A stretch of 64,000 bases of DNA from Spirochaetota bacterium (GCA_965206985.1 CBDBLF010000022.1:197597-261596); one strand, 5' to 3'. Positions 48,095-59,804 are shown, numbered from the stretch's first letter. Numbers and translations are program-made. The notes: generated by a model from the letters alone, not told the origin.

Positions 48095-49982
48095 GAGCTT
48101 GTGCAGGAACTAGGATTTTTCAGTGCATTTTATGAGATATTTGCTGCGTCAGTCTCATTTTTCAAATATGTCAAGGAATTTATAGTTTATGCAAGTTGTT
48201 CTCGTACCATTTTGCCAAAATTAAATGCTGTAGCTGCGATTTTTACCTCTATTTGAACCTTTTTACTGCCTCTGAGCAAGAATTCTCTGAACTTTTTGGC
48301 TTGTTTCAAAATTCCAAAAATGGGTTCAATTTCAGAACCTCGCTTTTTATAGAAAGACTTTGCTTCTTCTGAATTCATCTTCTTGATCATTTCATGTTTT
48401 AAAGCAAAACCAGAGTCTACTGACAATTTGCGATAACCTCTGCGTAACTCTTCTTCGCTCGTACAACATTGTTCTCTGGCAGGGCAAATGACACAGTCAG
48501 GAGGGGTTTACCATGATAATGAGTATATTTCTTTTTATCTTTCACAGATTCATTATGAAATTCTAAGGTTTTACCCTCGGGGCAAACCCAAGAATCATCA
48601 TCCTCGTCATATTTAAACTGATGAGCTTCATAACCTGAATCCCCTTCTCCTTTTCTTTCTTTGGCTACCTGATCAGGTGAAGGTATAAAACCATTGATCC
48701 CTTTTGAATCCAGGTATTCCAAACCACTTGAATGAAAGTAACCCGAATCTGCAGAAGCTGTCTGTATACTGGTCCCTGTGTTTGACTCAGCTTTAGAAAG
48801 GGTAGGAGCTAATTGCTCTAAATCATTTTCTGAATTAGCTTCAGCAATGTCAGCTGCCAAAATATAGCCTTCTGATGAGGTAACTTGAATGTTGTAGCTT
48901 TGAGAAATTTTACCATTCCGTTTCATGAATTTAGCATCTGGATCAGTAAGATTTATTTTAGAATCAGAAGCAGACTCTTGATTCTCTTCCAGACTTTTAC
49001 TGATCGTAACATACTTTTGAGCTTTCCTAAGCATAACAGAATCATTATCCTCTGCAGCCTGGTCTTCATTTATCAATAATTCTGGCTCGTTAGCATGAGA
49101 ATTAGTTGTATCTTCTAAAAAGACCTCAACTTCTTTTTCTCCTGTTTTTAGAGCTTCTATATCCTGTGTACCTTCTATAGTTTCTGAAGAATCTTTTTCA
49201 ACAGATGTAGAAAACTCGGCTGGTTCACTTTGCTTTCCTTCTGCTGTTTTTAATGACTCTCTCTTTGCCTTTTCACTCGCTTTTTGTAAGCGAATAAACT
49301 CCTCAATGATCGTATCTACCTCTTCAGGATTAAGCTCATAGCCACTGTTGTCTTTACCATATAGTTTATCTTCCTCAATATCTAATTCCATACCTGAGCG
49401 TAGATACTCTAAGATCTCTTGCTGTATAGCTCTTTTACGTTCCTCTAAATCTGACTTTTTGTATGTTTGATCGTCAGCAGCACTGGCTTTGATTTTAGTT
49501 CCATCTACCTTAACATCAATACCAATATTTTTCTTTTTGTGGGATAGCAAAGATACAGAGTAATTAAAAACTTCGCCAATTTCTTTACCAAAATTAACAC
49601 GGAATTCAGCAATAGACCGAAACTTTACTTTATGACCACCAACTAAATAACGCATGGCGTCGTTCTCTTCACAGGCTTTTTGTAATTCTCTGCTGCTTCT
49701 CCATCCACGATGAAAGCCATAAAAAAGGCATCCCAGCATTATAACCGGATGGTAAGCCCGACCCCCTTCTTTTGAGTACTTAGAAAGAAATGGTTTCATA
49801 GGAATTTTATCTAACAAGGCAGCAAAGGCATAAACCTCGTGATTTTCTTCTAAATTGTCTGCTATAGTATGCGAAAACAGCATAACTTGATCTCTATCAC
49901 TTTTCATAAATCGTTTCATAATAAGACATAAACAAAGAAGAACACAGAAAAGCAAGAAAAATCCTAGTTCCTGCACAAGCTC
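48095..49982 (-). mobile_element. IS1182-like element, full length (1888 bp), transposase frameshifted
   Basis: 27-bp perfect IRs; 4-bp TSD ACCA; two extra G near 48503-48506 compared with the copy at 61516 break the frame after HYHGKP. Confidence 0.9.
48187..49919 (-). pseudogene. IS1182-family transposase with 2-bp frameshift
   Basis: VDGTKIKASA, LTDPDAKFM, SYNIQ, SADSGY, IEPIFGILKQ; split across ORFs 48417-49976 and 48187-48426. Confidence 0.85.
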
Positions 49983-50153
49983 ACCAGAGATTGTCTTTAA
50001 TTAACTCTACGGATGACAAATAACCTAGCAACAACCATATTTCCTGCACAGCCTCAATGGTATAATAAAAAGAAACGTCACACTTCCATAAACTTTTGAC
50101 ACCGTATGAAGCCTTTAGAGACTTGAGTCAAATTAGAGCAGAGACTTAATTTG

Positions 50154-50636
50154 TCAGATATGTAATTGGTCTTCATACGCTTTAGAAATTTCTTTGGGTG
50201 CTTGAATCAACTCAATAAGAACACCATTACCTGAGATTGGATATTCTTCATTACTCTTGGGGTGGATGAAACAAACGTCATACCCAGAAGAACCTTTTCG
50301 AATTCCCAATGGAGCTAATCGAACACCCTGCTTAGGTAGCCACTCATATGCTATTTTTAAATTATCAATCCAGAAGCCAATATGATTTAAAGGTGGCTCA
50401 CTCACTTTTGGTTTTTTCTTTGGATCAATTGGTTGCATTAAATTGATCTCGACATGAAAAGGTTTTTCCCCTAGCACAAGAATATCTTCATTTACATTTT
50501 CTAGCTCATTTTTGGAAGTGGCTACTTTTTCAACTCCCAAAAGATCGACCCACAATGCACCTAAAACACTTTTATCAGAAGAGCCAATCGCCACTTGTTG
50601 CAAACCTAATATTCGAAATGGAGGTTGGTTACTCAT
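50154..50636 (-). CDS. VOC family protein (acyl-CoA epimerase/glyoxalase-like)
   Basis: RILGLQQVAIG, NVNEDIL, LNHIGFWID, CFIHPK, GVLIELIQ; ATG at 50636 preferred. Confidence 0.85.
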   Translation of the reverse strand: MSNQPPFRILGLQQVAIGSSDKSVLGALWVDLLGVEKVATSKNELENVNEDILVLGEKPFHVEINLMQPIDPKKKPKVSEPPLNHIGFWIDNLKIAYEWLPKQGVRLAPLGIRKGSSGYDVCFIHPKSNEEYPISGNGVLIELIQAPKEISKAYEDQLHI

Positions 50637-50655
50637 TGTGTAGTAAGTAATAGAA

Positions 50656-52488
50656 CTAAAAAAACATGGGAAGAAAGAATAATACTTTTTCGTGTAGTAA
50701 ATACTCCACTGTCTTAAAATCTTGCAGCAAGGGTGATAGTTGATCAAACTTTTGAAAAAGTGGTGCTTTTATTTTTGGATAAAAATTAACGACCAGCTCA
50801 TCTTCTTCTGTTAAATCGAGATTTTTTTTAAGGTCACGAAAAATATCCCGCAAGCCACCAAGGTGATCTACCAATCCTAAGGCTTTTGCTTTTCTCCCCG
50901 AATAGATTTTGCCTTCGCCTAGTTTCTTAATGGTGGCTATTGGCATTGATCTCCCTTGGTGAATTCTCTCTGCAAACAAGTCATACATTGAATTCATATT
51001 TTTTTTTATTAATTGAACCTGCTGGGGAGAAAAATTAGAGAATCCCGAAAAGATATCAGACTGCTCTCCAACTTTTACTCGATCTATATTGACTCCTATT
51101 TTTTTGAGAGCACCTGCTATATTAAATTTACCCATAATAACTCCTATGGAACCTGTGATGCTCATTGGTGAAGAATAGACATGGTTCGAAACGGCTGATA
51201 AATAGTATCCGCCCGATGCGGCCACATCAGACTGAGAGACAAATATGGGGGGAGATTTTTCTTTAGACAGTTTTTTCTTCTTGGCATCTTTTTTAGCAGA
51301 CTTTTTTGGTTCACGTGATAATAATGATTGATATTTTTTTGATAAACGCACCCAAGGATCGTCATGTGCATTCCTTTTCGTTTTAAGCCTCATAATTTCT
51401 GACCAAAGTAAATCAGAAACAAGAGCAGAACCGCCGGGAGAATTCCAGCGAAGAATGTAAGCATCATACTGGCTCTTTTCTTGGAGATCTTTGAGAGTTT
51501 CTTGATAATCTAAATAAGATATGGCTTTGGGATTTGGTTCTTCACTATCAAGAATAACACCTTCTCCAACTAAGAAAGCCACTTTTTTTCTTTTTATTAG
51601 TGAAAAGATTTTCTTCTGTTTCTTTTGAGCTTTCGAAATCGCTTTTTCTAAGCTAGAGAAGGAAGTCGTTTTTAAGTCGTGCTCTCTTTGAATAATAAGT
51701 CTGAGCTCATTGAGATACAAAACACCATCTAAAAGTCCTGCTTTGAATGCTTCTTGAGAGCTAATTAAAGCTTGCTTTTGGATCGCGGTTAAACTAGACA
51801 CTTTGAGATGTCTATTCCGTGATTTTTTGAGAGCGTCTCCAAACTCTTTTTGGAAATCTTTCAATAATTCTTGCAACTGTTTTTTACTACGTTCAGAAAA
51901 ATTTTTTCGTGTATATTTTTCACCCGCACTTTTATAATTTCCAATTTGGATAAAATTTGCCCGAATATTTAATTTTTTGAAAAGACTGTCAAAAAATAGG
52001 GAGCTTGTTTCTAAACCAGTTAATTGAAGGCTCATTGCAGGTGATGCGTAAATTTCTTTGGCTCCTAAAGCGACATAGTAATCAAGAGCGTCCGCAGAAT
52101 CAAGAAACACTTTTACTTCTACTTTCTGACTCAAACTTCCTAATAGTTGATTCAACTCCCATGCCTTAGACCAGCCCAATTTTGGATTATGAATCACAAC
52201 TAAAATTTCTTTGAGCTCTTTTTTTAGTCTGGATTTTGGAAGAGAGAGCAAGTCATCCAAAATGACTAACTCCAGTATTTTCAAGTAAAAACGATTTTCT
52301 GTCGGTTTCAATATTGACATAATGCCAGAGGTAAGAGGTGCCTCACTCATTTTACCTTCTAGTTTTATTTCGATAAGTTTAACTTTTTTCAGTGACAAAA
52401 GTTTAATGAATAGGTAGTACCACACCCTTAAAGGGAGCGATAAAACTTGAAATGCTATTTGGAGGAATACACGCATGTTTATATCCAT
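50656..52488 (-). CDS. sppA: Signal peptide peptidase SppA (S49)
   Basis: YKSAGE, NSPGGSAL.SD, AASGGYY, TGSIGV, IYSGRKAKALGLVD. Confidence 0.92.
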   Translation of the reverse strand: MDINMRVFLQIAFQVLSLPLRVWYYLFIKLLSLKKVKLIEIKLEGKMSEAPLTSGIMSILKPTENRFYLKILELVILDDLLSLPKSRLKKELKEILVVIHNPKLGWSKAWELNQLLGSLSQKVEVKVFLDSADALDYYVALGAKEIYASPAMSLQLTGLETSSLFFDSLFKKLNIRANFIQIGNYKSAGEKYTRKNFSERSKKQLQELLKDFQKEFGDALKKSRNRHLKVSSLTAIQKQALISSQEAFKAGLLDGVLYLNELRLIIQREHDLKTTSFSSLEKAISKAQKKQKKIFSLIKRKKVAFLVGEGVILDSEEPNPKAISYLDYQETLKDLQEKSQYDAYILRWNSPGGSALVSDLLWSEIMRLKTKRNAHDDPWVRLSKKYQSLLSREPKKSAKKDAKKKKLSKEKSPPIFVSQSDVAASGGYYLSAVSNHVYSSPMSITGSIGVIMGKFNIAGALKKIGVNIDRVKVGEQSDIFSGFSNFSPQQVQLIKKNMNSMYDLFAERIHQGRSMPIATIKKLGEGKIYSGRKAKALGLVDHLGGLRDIFRDLKKNLDLTEEDELVVNFYPKIKAPLFQKFDQLSPLLQDFKTVEYLLHEKVLFFLPMFF

Positions 52489-52500
52489 CGTTGGTATCTT

Positions 52501-53562
52501 TTATATAATGTCTGCTATTTGAACAGCATTTAAAGCCGCACCTTTGAGGAGTTGATCACCCGAAATAAAGAATTGAGCACTGTTATCTGATTGAGAATCT
52601 CTACCCCGAATTCGTCCAACAAGGCATTCGTATTTTTCACTTGCTTCCAGAGGCATAGGGAAATAATTTTTTTCTCGATCATCAACAATAATAACTCCCG
52701 AAAAATCTGTAAAGCACTGTAATAATTCTTGAGTGGAAGGGGCTTCTTCTTTGAAGCGAAGGCAAATAGACTCAGAGTGTGCTCGAAGCACGGGGACTCT
52801 AATACAGGTGGGTGCAATTTTCATATCAGTATCATCTAAAATTTTTTTAGTTTCTTGGATCATTTTGAGCTCTTCTTCACAATAGCCAGAACTATCGACC
52901 TGGGAATTGTGAGAAAAGAGATTAAAAGCATAGGGGAAAGGAAATATTTCAGGCTCTCGCATTTTATCATCTAAAAAATCTTTGGTGCTATTTTTGAGCT
53001 CTTCCATGGCCTTCCAGCCAGCGCCTGATGCAGCTTGGTAGGTAGAAACAACAATTTGCTCAACAGGAAATCTTTTGTGAATAGGGAAAACCCCCATAAG
53101 CATGATAATGGTTGAACAATTTGGGTTTGCAATGAGACCCAAATGCCCTTCAAGATGATGCGGGTTTACTTCAGGAATCACGAGGGGAGTGTCTGCTTCC
53201 ATACGAAAGGCCGAAGAATTGTCAATAAGAATTGTTCCTTCACCCAAACAAGATTCACGATATTTCTCACTTATAGAGCTTCCTGCTGAAAAAAAAATAA
53301 GATCTAAAGATTTAAAAGAGTTCTGATTTAATTCCTGAATGATAAGAATACTTTCATGATAGTGAACATTTTTTCCCACACTTTTTTTTGAAGCAAATAA
53401 CGTTATATTTTCTGGAGGGAGGTTTGACCGTTCAAAAATCTTCAAAAATTCCATACCAACAGCACCAGTTGCACCCACGACTCCTATCCTTTTGTCTTTC
53501 AAGGAAGAGAAGTTATAGGCTTTCTGTTGGAGGTCGTGATTGTTTTGAGAAGCTATCTTCAT
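52501..53562 (-). CDS. asd: Aspartate-semialdehyde dehydrogenase
   Basis: VVGATGAVG, DNSSAFRM, NPNCST, STYQAASGAG, CIRVPVLRAHSES, DQLLKGAALNAVQIA. Confidence 0.97.
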   Translation of the reverse strand: MKIASQNNHDLQQKAYNFSSLKDKRIGVVGATGAVGMEFLKIFERSNLPPENITLFASKKSVGKNVHYHESILIIQELNQNSFKSLDLIFFSAGSSISEKYRESCLGEGTILIDNSSAFRMEADTPLVIPEVNPHHLEGHLGLIANPNCSTIIMLMGVFPIHKRFPVEQIVVSTYQAASGAGWKAMEELKNSTKDFLDDKMREPEIFPFPYAFNLFSHNSQVDSSGYCEEELKMIQETKKILDDTDMKIAPTCIRVPVLRAHSESICLRFKEEAPSTQELLQCFTDFSGVIIVDDREKNYFPMPLEASEKYECLVGRIRGRDSQSDNSAQFFISGDQLLKGAALNAVQIADII

Positions 53563-53588
53563 CTTTTAACATACTAAAACTCTTAGAG

Positions 53589-53661
53589 TGGAGACGGCCG
53601 GGATCGAACCGGCGACCTCGTGAATGCCATTCACGCACTCTCCCAACTGAGCTACGCCCCC
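53589..53661 (-). tRNA. tRNA-Ala (GGC)
   Basis: Cloverleaf GGGGGCGTAGCTCAGTTGGGAGAGTGCGTGAATGGCATTCACGAGGTCGCCGGTTCGATCCCGGCCGTCTCCA; G3-U70 pair; CCA not encoded. Confidence 0.96.
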
Positions 53662-53782
53662 ATGGTCAAAGTACACACCATTTTTGGTGTACGTGTTAGC
53701 GTGAAAAGCACTTACGGGCATGGGAGTGAGTAAATACTCAAAAAGTGGCTAGATTGGAAACAACAAAACGCAGACTAGATTG

Positions 53783-54979
53783 GGTCGTGTCATATTTAAT
53801 CAAAGTTTCTATTTGCGATGAATAATTCTTGTATAGACCACTTATGATTCGTCATTTCTGTAGCCATTGCTGGGGTGATTTGAATTGGTTTTCCTCCCTC
53901 ATACTCAGCTAGACTTGAATGTGGAAGGCAGAAATTGTAATAATTAGCAACAAAAGAATTATGCCCCTGCATATATTTGAATTTTTTTGAAAAACCCTGA
54001 CTTTTACGCTCTATTCTATGATTGTGTTGGCGAAGAGTCAAATTATTCCTTTCTACAGCAAAGGTGTTCATCTGATGACTTACTGAAGAGTTTGCAATAT
54101 ATTCATCTAGTAGCTTTTGATCACCAAAGATTAGAGATTTGTCAACTTCCTTACATCTCCCTTTTTCTATTCTCTTAATTATTTGCCCATAACATAGAGA
54201 TTTGGGTGATTGAAGCTTTCTAGTCATTGAGTCAAATTTACCATAAACTGAAAGAATGGCATCACTATATCCCTCATATCCATCAGAGGTAATCAAGAAT
54301 TTATCTTCCCTCTTTGGCTTACTTCTTGTTTTTACCTTGGTCAGTAACTTTCTAGCATTCACTGAGGTCCTCTTGCCTGTTATATGCGCTAAAATGAGCT
54401 TTTCTACAGGTAATACTGCAGTAAAAGTCCAGATATCCCCTATTTCATCACTTAATCGCTCAGTCTCTGATAGATTGTATTGTTTTTTAAAGACAAAACC
54501 CCAATGCTCGTCTAATTGAATTTCATTGAAAGACAGGTTTTTGTATATATTTTTTTTCAACTTTTAGTGAATCTTCACCTGCTGCTTTAACCCAAGCAAG
54601 AACTGTATCCTTGCTGATACCAAAGACTCTTCCGGTAGCTCTAATGCCACAGCCCTCAACTGTGTTTTGTAATACCCGAGTAATGGTTTCTTTGCTTTTC
54701 TTGCGACGAAAAAAAATAGTGCCTTTATTCTCTGAAAAGCATCTACCACAAGCGGTGCACTTTAAATAGGCTATTTGTTTGTACTTACCAGACATATAAG
54801 CAAAGCGCACATTTCCTTCATTTACCTTATGATACTTATGGCAGTCTGTATTTTGACAGCTAAAACCACTTGTATCAAAGGTATATTTTCTTTTGTTCAT
54901 AATGAGACATAACCTTAATTTAAGAGAGATAAGTCAATTCCTTTTTTAATTGGAAACTTTGATTAAATATGACACGACC
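53783..54979 (-). mobile_element. IS1-family element, copy 3 (ORFs 54523-54900 and 53796-54560)
   Basis: 1197 bp; 8-bp TSD CTAGATTG on both sides. Confidence 0.95.
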
Positions 54980-55566
54980 CTAGATTGAATTAAATCGTTT
55001 TTTACACCCACTTTTTAAGCTTTACAGGTCATGTTGAACAGATTTACCCGAAGCAGATGTTGAAAAAAAAAGCAACTAATTGTTATATTGGCCTCATCAA
55101 GAGACTCAGTGCTCACAATATTTGCTTTTATTCTACTCATCATTTTTTAATTATTTTTTGCGTAGAGACTTCTTAACTCCCTCGAGAGAGATTCAGCAGA
55201 GCTTCAGTGGAGGTTGGGAAGAAACTAGGGTCTAGTTCGGGAGAAAGCCTGCCCAGAAAAAAAAATCCAAAAAATTGAACTGTCCACTAAAGCGAGTCAG
55301 GGCCACTACCTCGTATTATTATAAGATACGAGTTCTGATAAACGAAAGTCTCGTAAAATTTTTTTACTTGAATCAATCATTCTTTTCAAAAAAAAATCAT
55401 AACTTTTACCTCGCCATTCAGAAATTTCATAGACCGGCGAGAGTGTTTGTCTTTTCATATTTTCCGAAAAATTTTCTAGTAAATGCTCAAATGCAACATT
55501 AATCTTGTAAAGATACGAACCTGTAGTTTGCAAGTAACGTGTGTCAATGATATCTTTTTGAAGCAC

Positions 55567-56844
55567 TGGGAGAGAGAAGGATGATAGTACCCCCCTACGA
55601 CCATCATTAGTTGGTTCAGAATTGGTTCAAATCAAGTTATTTGGTTCAAAAGGCTTGGGTTTACTGGTAGAGCAAGTGAAAGACATTTTCCTAAAAAAGG
55701 TGCATCAAAAGGCCGACGTTAAATCATCAAATAAAACAGAGGTTCCTAATGAAGCACCCTTCTCAGGTTATTTGTCTAAACAGGTATTCGGCAGTAATGC
55801 GAAATAGTAAAGACAAAAAGTTATACAGAATGCAAATGGTTCATTATGCCAAGAAGCATGGTTTCAAGCCAACAGCCAGAATGTTTAAAACGACTGTAAA
55901 AACAGTAAAAAAGTGGTTTCGTAGGTTTGAATCAGAGAAATACGTTGGCTTGGAAGACAAGAGCCACGCTCCACACTACTCACCACATGCAATCACAGAC
56001 TTTGAAAAGGCTTATGTTTGCTTTCTTAAAAAGAAACGTCGAGGCTTTGGTGCTCAGGAACTGAAGAATGTTTACCAACTAGACTTGAGTGTCAAGGCCA
56101 TTCGCAGAGCGTGGAGGGAGCAAGCACTCTTGAAAAAAAAGCGTAGAAAACATAAAACGAAGCAAAATTTGCGTGAAATTAAGAAATTATGGGGTTTATT
56201 TAAGCAATTTGACGTAGATACGAAGCATTTATACGATATTCCTGAGCTTTGGCCTTATATTCAGGAAAATATTGTACCGAAATATCAATATACCTTCAGA
56301 GAAGTTTTTTCTGGCTTACAATTTCTAGCTTTTGCAGATGAGTATAATATGGCATACTCTTGTCTGTTTATGGAGGTAATTTTAGATCATCTTGTAAAAT
56401 CAGGGGTTGATTTAAAGAAAAATAATACGAGAGGGCAAACAGATAATGGCTCAGAGTTTATTGGTGCTTGGAATAAAAAAGGAGATTCGGAGTTTACAAA
56501 AGTATTAGCCAGTTATGGTGTGCCACACCAGACGATCCCTGCTGGAGCGCATACTTGGCAGTCTGATGTTGAAACGACTCATAGATTGATTGAGGATCAC
56601 CTTTACCTGAATGAAACGTATAATTCAAGAGAAGACTTTCTCAACAAAGCTGGCTCCTATCTATTGATGTTCAATTCAATAAGAAAAAATTCTTACAAAG
56701 AGAATAAATCGCCCTGGCAGCTGATCCGAGAGGAAAGCACAACTATTGACAAACAAATATTAAATTTACCACCGTTTCGACTGGACTATTTATTTCAAAA
56801 GATGCCAATGGTCGTAGGGGGGTACAATCCTATTCTCCATCCCT
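55567..56844 (+). mobile_element. IS481/IS1202-like element, copy 3
   Basis: 1278 bp; 15-bp TSD ATCTTTTTGAAGCAC at 55552-55566 and 56845-56859. Confidence 0.93.
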
Positions 56845-56870
56845 ATCTTTTTGAAGCACCGTTTTACTGA
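55749..56870 (+). CDS. IS481-like transposase with 8-aa tail read from flanking DNA
   Basis: Matches other copies up to ILHP, then YLFEAPFY*. Confidence 0.9.
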   Translation: MKHPSQVICLNRYSAVMRNSKDKKLYRMQMVHYAKKHGFKPTARMFKTTVKTVKKWFRRFESEKYVGLEDKSHAPHYSPHAITDFEKAYVCFLKKKRRGFGAQELKNVYQLDLSVKAIRRAWREQALLKKKRRKHKTKQNLREIKKLWGLFKQFDVDTKHLYDIPELWPYIQENIVPKYQYTFREVFSGLQFLAFADEYNMAYSCLFMEVILDHLVKSGVDLKKNNTRGQTDNGSEFIGAWNKKGDSEFTKVLASYGVPHQTIPAGAHTWQSDVETTHRLIEDHLYLNETYNSREDFLNKAGSYLLMFNSIRKNSYKENKSPWQLIREESTTIDKQILNLPPFRLDYLFQKMPMVVGGYNPILHPYLFEAPFY

Positions 56871-57407
56871 TTGCCAGTTCGCTTATATATTTCTTCAACA
56901 TCGCTGTTTGTGAAGATGTCTCTTCCACTATGAAATAGAATCTTTCAAGATCACCAAACAAGTTGGATAAGTTCATCCAGTCATGAGTTCCTTTGAATAT
57001 ATATTGTGCCGTCGGAAAAAAATTTTGGTGAAACTGTGAAACAGCACCTACCAAATGTCTCATTTCAGTAAGAAGCGTAGGGGTCAAAAAAACTATCTGG
57101 ATATTGTTTTATTTTTTCCATATTTTTTTCTATGATTTTATTTACGGCTAACTTTTTTTGAGAACCTGCACCCCTCGCTTGGATTTTGGTTTCAGATATT
57201 TCAGTTGCATCTTTGATAAATTTGACTTCTTGTATCAAGAATGTTTGTACGTCCCCTTTATCACGGACCAGCATTTGAATCCTTTGCTCCAATTGTTCCA
57301 TATCAAAAATTGCCGAACTATATTTTTTTGCCGCTGATTGAAACTTTTTCCTCAACATTTGCAATAATTCCCACTCTTCCTGAGAAGTCATTGTCACCCC
57401 TTATTTT

Positions 57408-58214
57408 TTATTGTTTCATCATTTTTTGGAGTTCATGAATTACCCTCTGATCAATGATAAATGGAGTCGTTGGCATACCCTCCAGAGGAGTTTTTTCAAC
57501 TGGGTCTTTTATTTGAGCTTCTTCCTGAGTCTCTTCTTTGTTTGTTAGAGCTATTTTGATTATTCGGTATAGAGTCCATACAGATACAATCGAAATGAGG
57601 GAGGCTATCATATAGGCCATAATTTTTGTAAGGAAAGGATCATCCATATAATGCATGGCAATTTTACCCGCATCTGTTGTATCAATGGAACCTCTGAAAA
57701 AATCAAATAAATCAAACAAACCATAGAGGGAGGTAATGCCCCCCATATAAAACATCGCGTAGCGACTGATATTTCGAAATAATATTCCAGTAACGATGAA
57801 AAGAAGTGACCATAAGATAATTAAAAAATAAAGACCAGAATCTACATCTGATGAAAAGCGAAGCGTGAAAAATAAAATCAGCATTCCTAGGAAGCTGGGG
57901 TAATATTGAGAGTATTTTCTTGATAGAGAAGCGAACAACATCAGAGAACCCCAAAGTATACAACCAATATAACCAGCAGAAGCTATTGTCAAAAAGTCTC
58001 CTCCACTCGTCACGGTGTAACCAGATTCATCCCACGAGATAAAAATTGATTCTACACTCCCTCCTGTAATCAAAGCACCGATAGCGTGAGACATTTCGTG
58101 CAAAAAGACGACAATCAGCTTTAGGGGTTGAATCCATACATGATTCCAAAAAATACCGATTGTTACGAAAACAATGAGAAGAGTTATTAGTCTCCAGCGA
58201 TGCGATAATTGCAT
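57408..58214 (-). CDS. M50B-like membrane metallopeptidase
   Basis: VFLHEMSHAIGA, SGYT, ASAGYIG, TDAG; several TM helices. Confidence 0.85.
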   Translation of the reverse strand: MQLSHRWRLITLLIVFVTIGIFWNHVWIQPLKLIVVFLHEMSHAIGALITGGSVESIFISWDESGYTVTSGGDFLTIASAGYIGCILWGSLMLFASLSRKYSQYYPSFLGMLILFFTLRFSSDVDSGLYFLIILWSLLFIVTGILFRNISRYAMFYMGGITSLYGLFDLFDFFRGSIDTTDAGKIAMHYMDDPFLTKIMAYMIASLISIVSVWTLYRIIKIALTNKEETQEEAQIKDPVEKTPLEGMPTTPFIIDQRVIHELQKMMKQ

Positions 58215-58460
58215 AACCTATCGTCGGCTACTCATACAGAAAAGATTAATTTCAATATAGAGCTAACTTCAAGGCACCCAAGGAACGGTATATCTACTCA
58301 AAGAAAATTGCAACAAAAAAATATAAACTTCAGGCGTATGTTGTCTTATAATCATCGAGATATTCTCTTCGTTGAGCAATTTTTCTGTTATCAATAAAAA
58401 TAAAATAAATATTTACTATTTGTTTTTTTGCTTTTTTTAGAAATTTATACTTTTTACGCT

Positions 58461-59225
58461 TCAAATAATTAACTCCTTTTCGCTAAATTCATAACAGTGT
58501 GGTTTAGAACCTCCAAATGAAAGATTTGAAATTAATTTTGCTAACCTTTGCATACCCTTCCCATCCAGATGGAAATTTGTCTTTTGAAGACCTGACCACT
58601 TTTGTACAAACCATAAGGCAAGCATCCTGTGGTAGGGTGAGATGTGATATAGTTTAATTTCTTTACCAAGATAAATAGCCTCAAAAAGGCTCTGCCCAAA
58701 GTAGGTGTATATTTGTTTTCTTCTCATCATCTGATTGATATAAATCATTTGACTCTTCAAGCTAACCATTTTGAATTTATCTCCAGCCAATATATGTTTT
58801 GGATGAGCTTGATATCGAGGTAAATAACGGAGGCTAGACTGTTGTGCCTTTGACCTTTTTTGCGTCAAATAATCGGGGAGGAGTAACCGAAATAAAGATG
58901 TCTTAAGCTCGTGAGTATTCATGGCCATATTGGGTAAGGTATCCCAAACGATATCAGCTTGTTGCCTACCGAGTCCTAAGTTGTCGACGGCTATCAAAAT
59001 TTTTTTTTTGTTCATAATGATTTTGTTTGGAAAACTCACGTTGCGTTTATCTAAAACGATGATTTGATATGGTACATTGACATCTTTAAATGATTTAAAT
59101 ATATTTAATTTGATGCCGTAACCTTTCAAGTTTTTTTGTAATCCGAGCATACGTAAGATATGCCCGTGACCGTAGCCACATCCATAGCCTACAACACAAA
59201 GAGCATGAAGCTCACTTTCTTTCAC
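58461..59225 (-). CDS. Hypothetical protein, weakly glycosyltransferase-like (SpsG/PseG-like)
   Basis: GYGHGHILR near the N-terminus and FGQSLFEAIYLG near the C-terminus; weak. Confidence 0.4.
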   Translation of the reverse strand: MKESELHALCVVGYGCGYGHGHILRMLGLQKNLKGYGIKLNIFKSFKDVNVPYQIIVLDKRNVSFPNKIIMNKKKILIAVDNLGLGRQQADIVWDTLPNMAMNTHELKTSLFRLLLPDYLTQKRSKAQQSSLRYLPRYQAHPKHILAGDKFKMVSLKSQMIYINQMMRRKQIYTYFGQSLFEAIYLGKEIKLYHISPYHRMLALWFVQKWSGLQKTNFHLDGKGMQRLAKLISNLSFGGSKPHCYEFSEKELII

Positions 59226-59274
59226 TGAAAGATTCCACCTCTTTCGGAGGATAGCAGTTTTCTATATTGATTTT

Positions 59275-59508
59275 TTACTGACGAAAGAGCTCTCGGTTCA
59301 TTTTTTTCATCCTTTTGTCGGATGCTCCGAGAGAAAAAAAAAGGAAGGTAATAACAGCTCCAAATATCGTAGAAACACCAACGACATAAGCAAGAGCCAC
59401 CCGAGCCTCAGCCAATATAAAGTCAACTTGAACTGTCTTTAAATTTGACAGTAGAAAGACGAGATAGAAGAAAAAAGAGAGACCAAGCATGTATAATCTT
59501 AGAGGCAT
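59275..59508 (-). CDS. Small hypothetical membrane protein
   Basis: Two hydrophobic segments, basic C-terminus; start uncertain. Confidence 0.5.
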   Translation of the reverse strand: MPLRLYMLGLSFFFYLVFLLSNLKTVQVDFILAEARVALAYVVGVSTIFGAVITFLFFSLGASDKRMKKMNRELFRQ

Positions 59509-59516
59509 CGCAAATA

Positions 59517-59804
59517 TCAAATTTGGAGAGTGTTGAAGCTCCCACACATTGGACAATATTCGGTGCTACCTTCATCGGAATATTGATTAATGACATTATA
59601 AGTTTCTACGGTAGCATCCCAACGATAATCACAATCTTCACAGGCATAACTGATGGATGAAGTTTTTGTCTCACCCACTTCTTCATCATCTTCATCATCA
59701 TCATCATCATTTTGAACTTCATAATCGTACGCACTAACAATATTTGCATCCTCCTGAATTATCATGAGTTCAATATAACCATATTCTTCGGTTTCTTTAT
59801 CCAC
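59517..59804 (-). CDS. Acidic zinc-ribbon hypothetical protein
   Basis: CEDC and CPMC pairs, poly-D/E tract. Confidence 0.7.
   Translation of the reverse strand: MDKETEEYGYIELMIIQEDANIVSAYDYEVQNDDDDDEDDEEVGETKTSSISYACEDCDYRWDATVETYNVINQYSDEGSTEYCPMCGSFNTLQI

Larger units (their letters stand above)
55306..57397 (-). pseudogene. Hypothetical gene broken by a frameshift (~57070) and by IS481-like copy 3
   Basis: Pieces 57065-57397, 56845-57087 and 55306-55566 rejoin across the TSD as ...SKTVLQKDIIDTRYL...; removing one base gives FDPYASTEMRHL. Confidence 0.72.

Noticed and set aside
53589-54979. Genomic island integrated at tRNA-Ala
   Set aside because: The IS1 copy lies upstream of the tRNA 5' end with its own TSD; no duplicated tRNA 3' end or integrase was seen.
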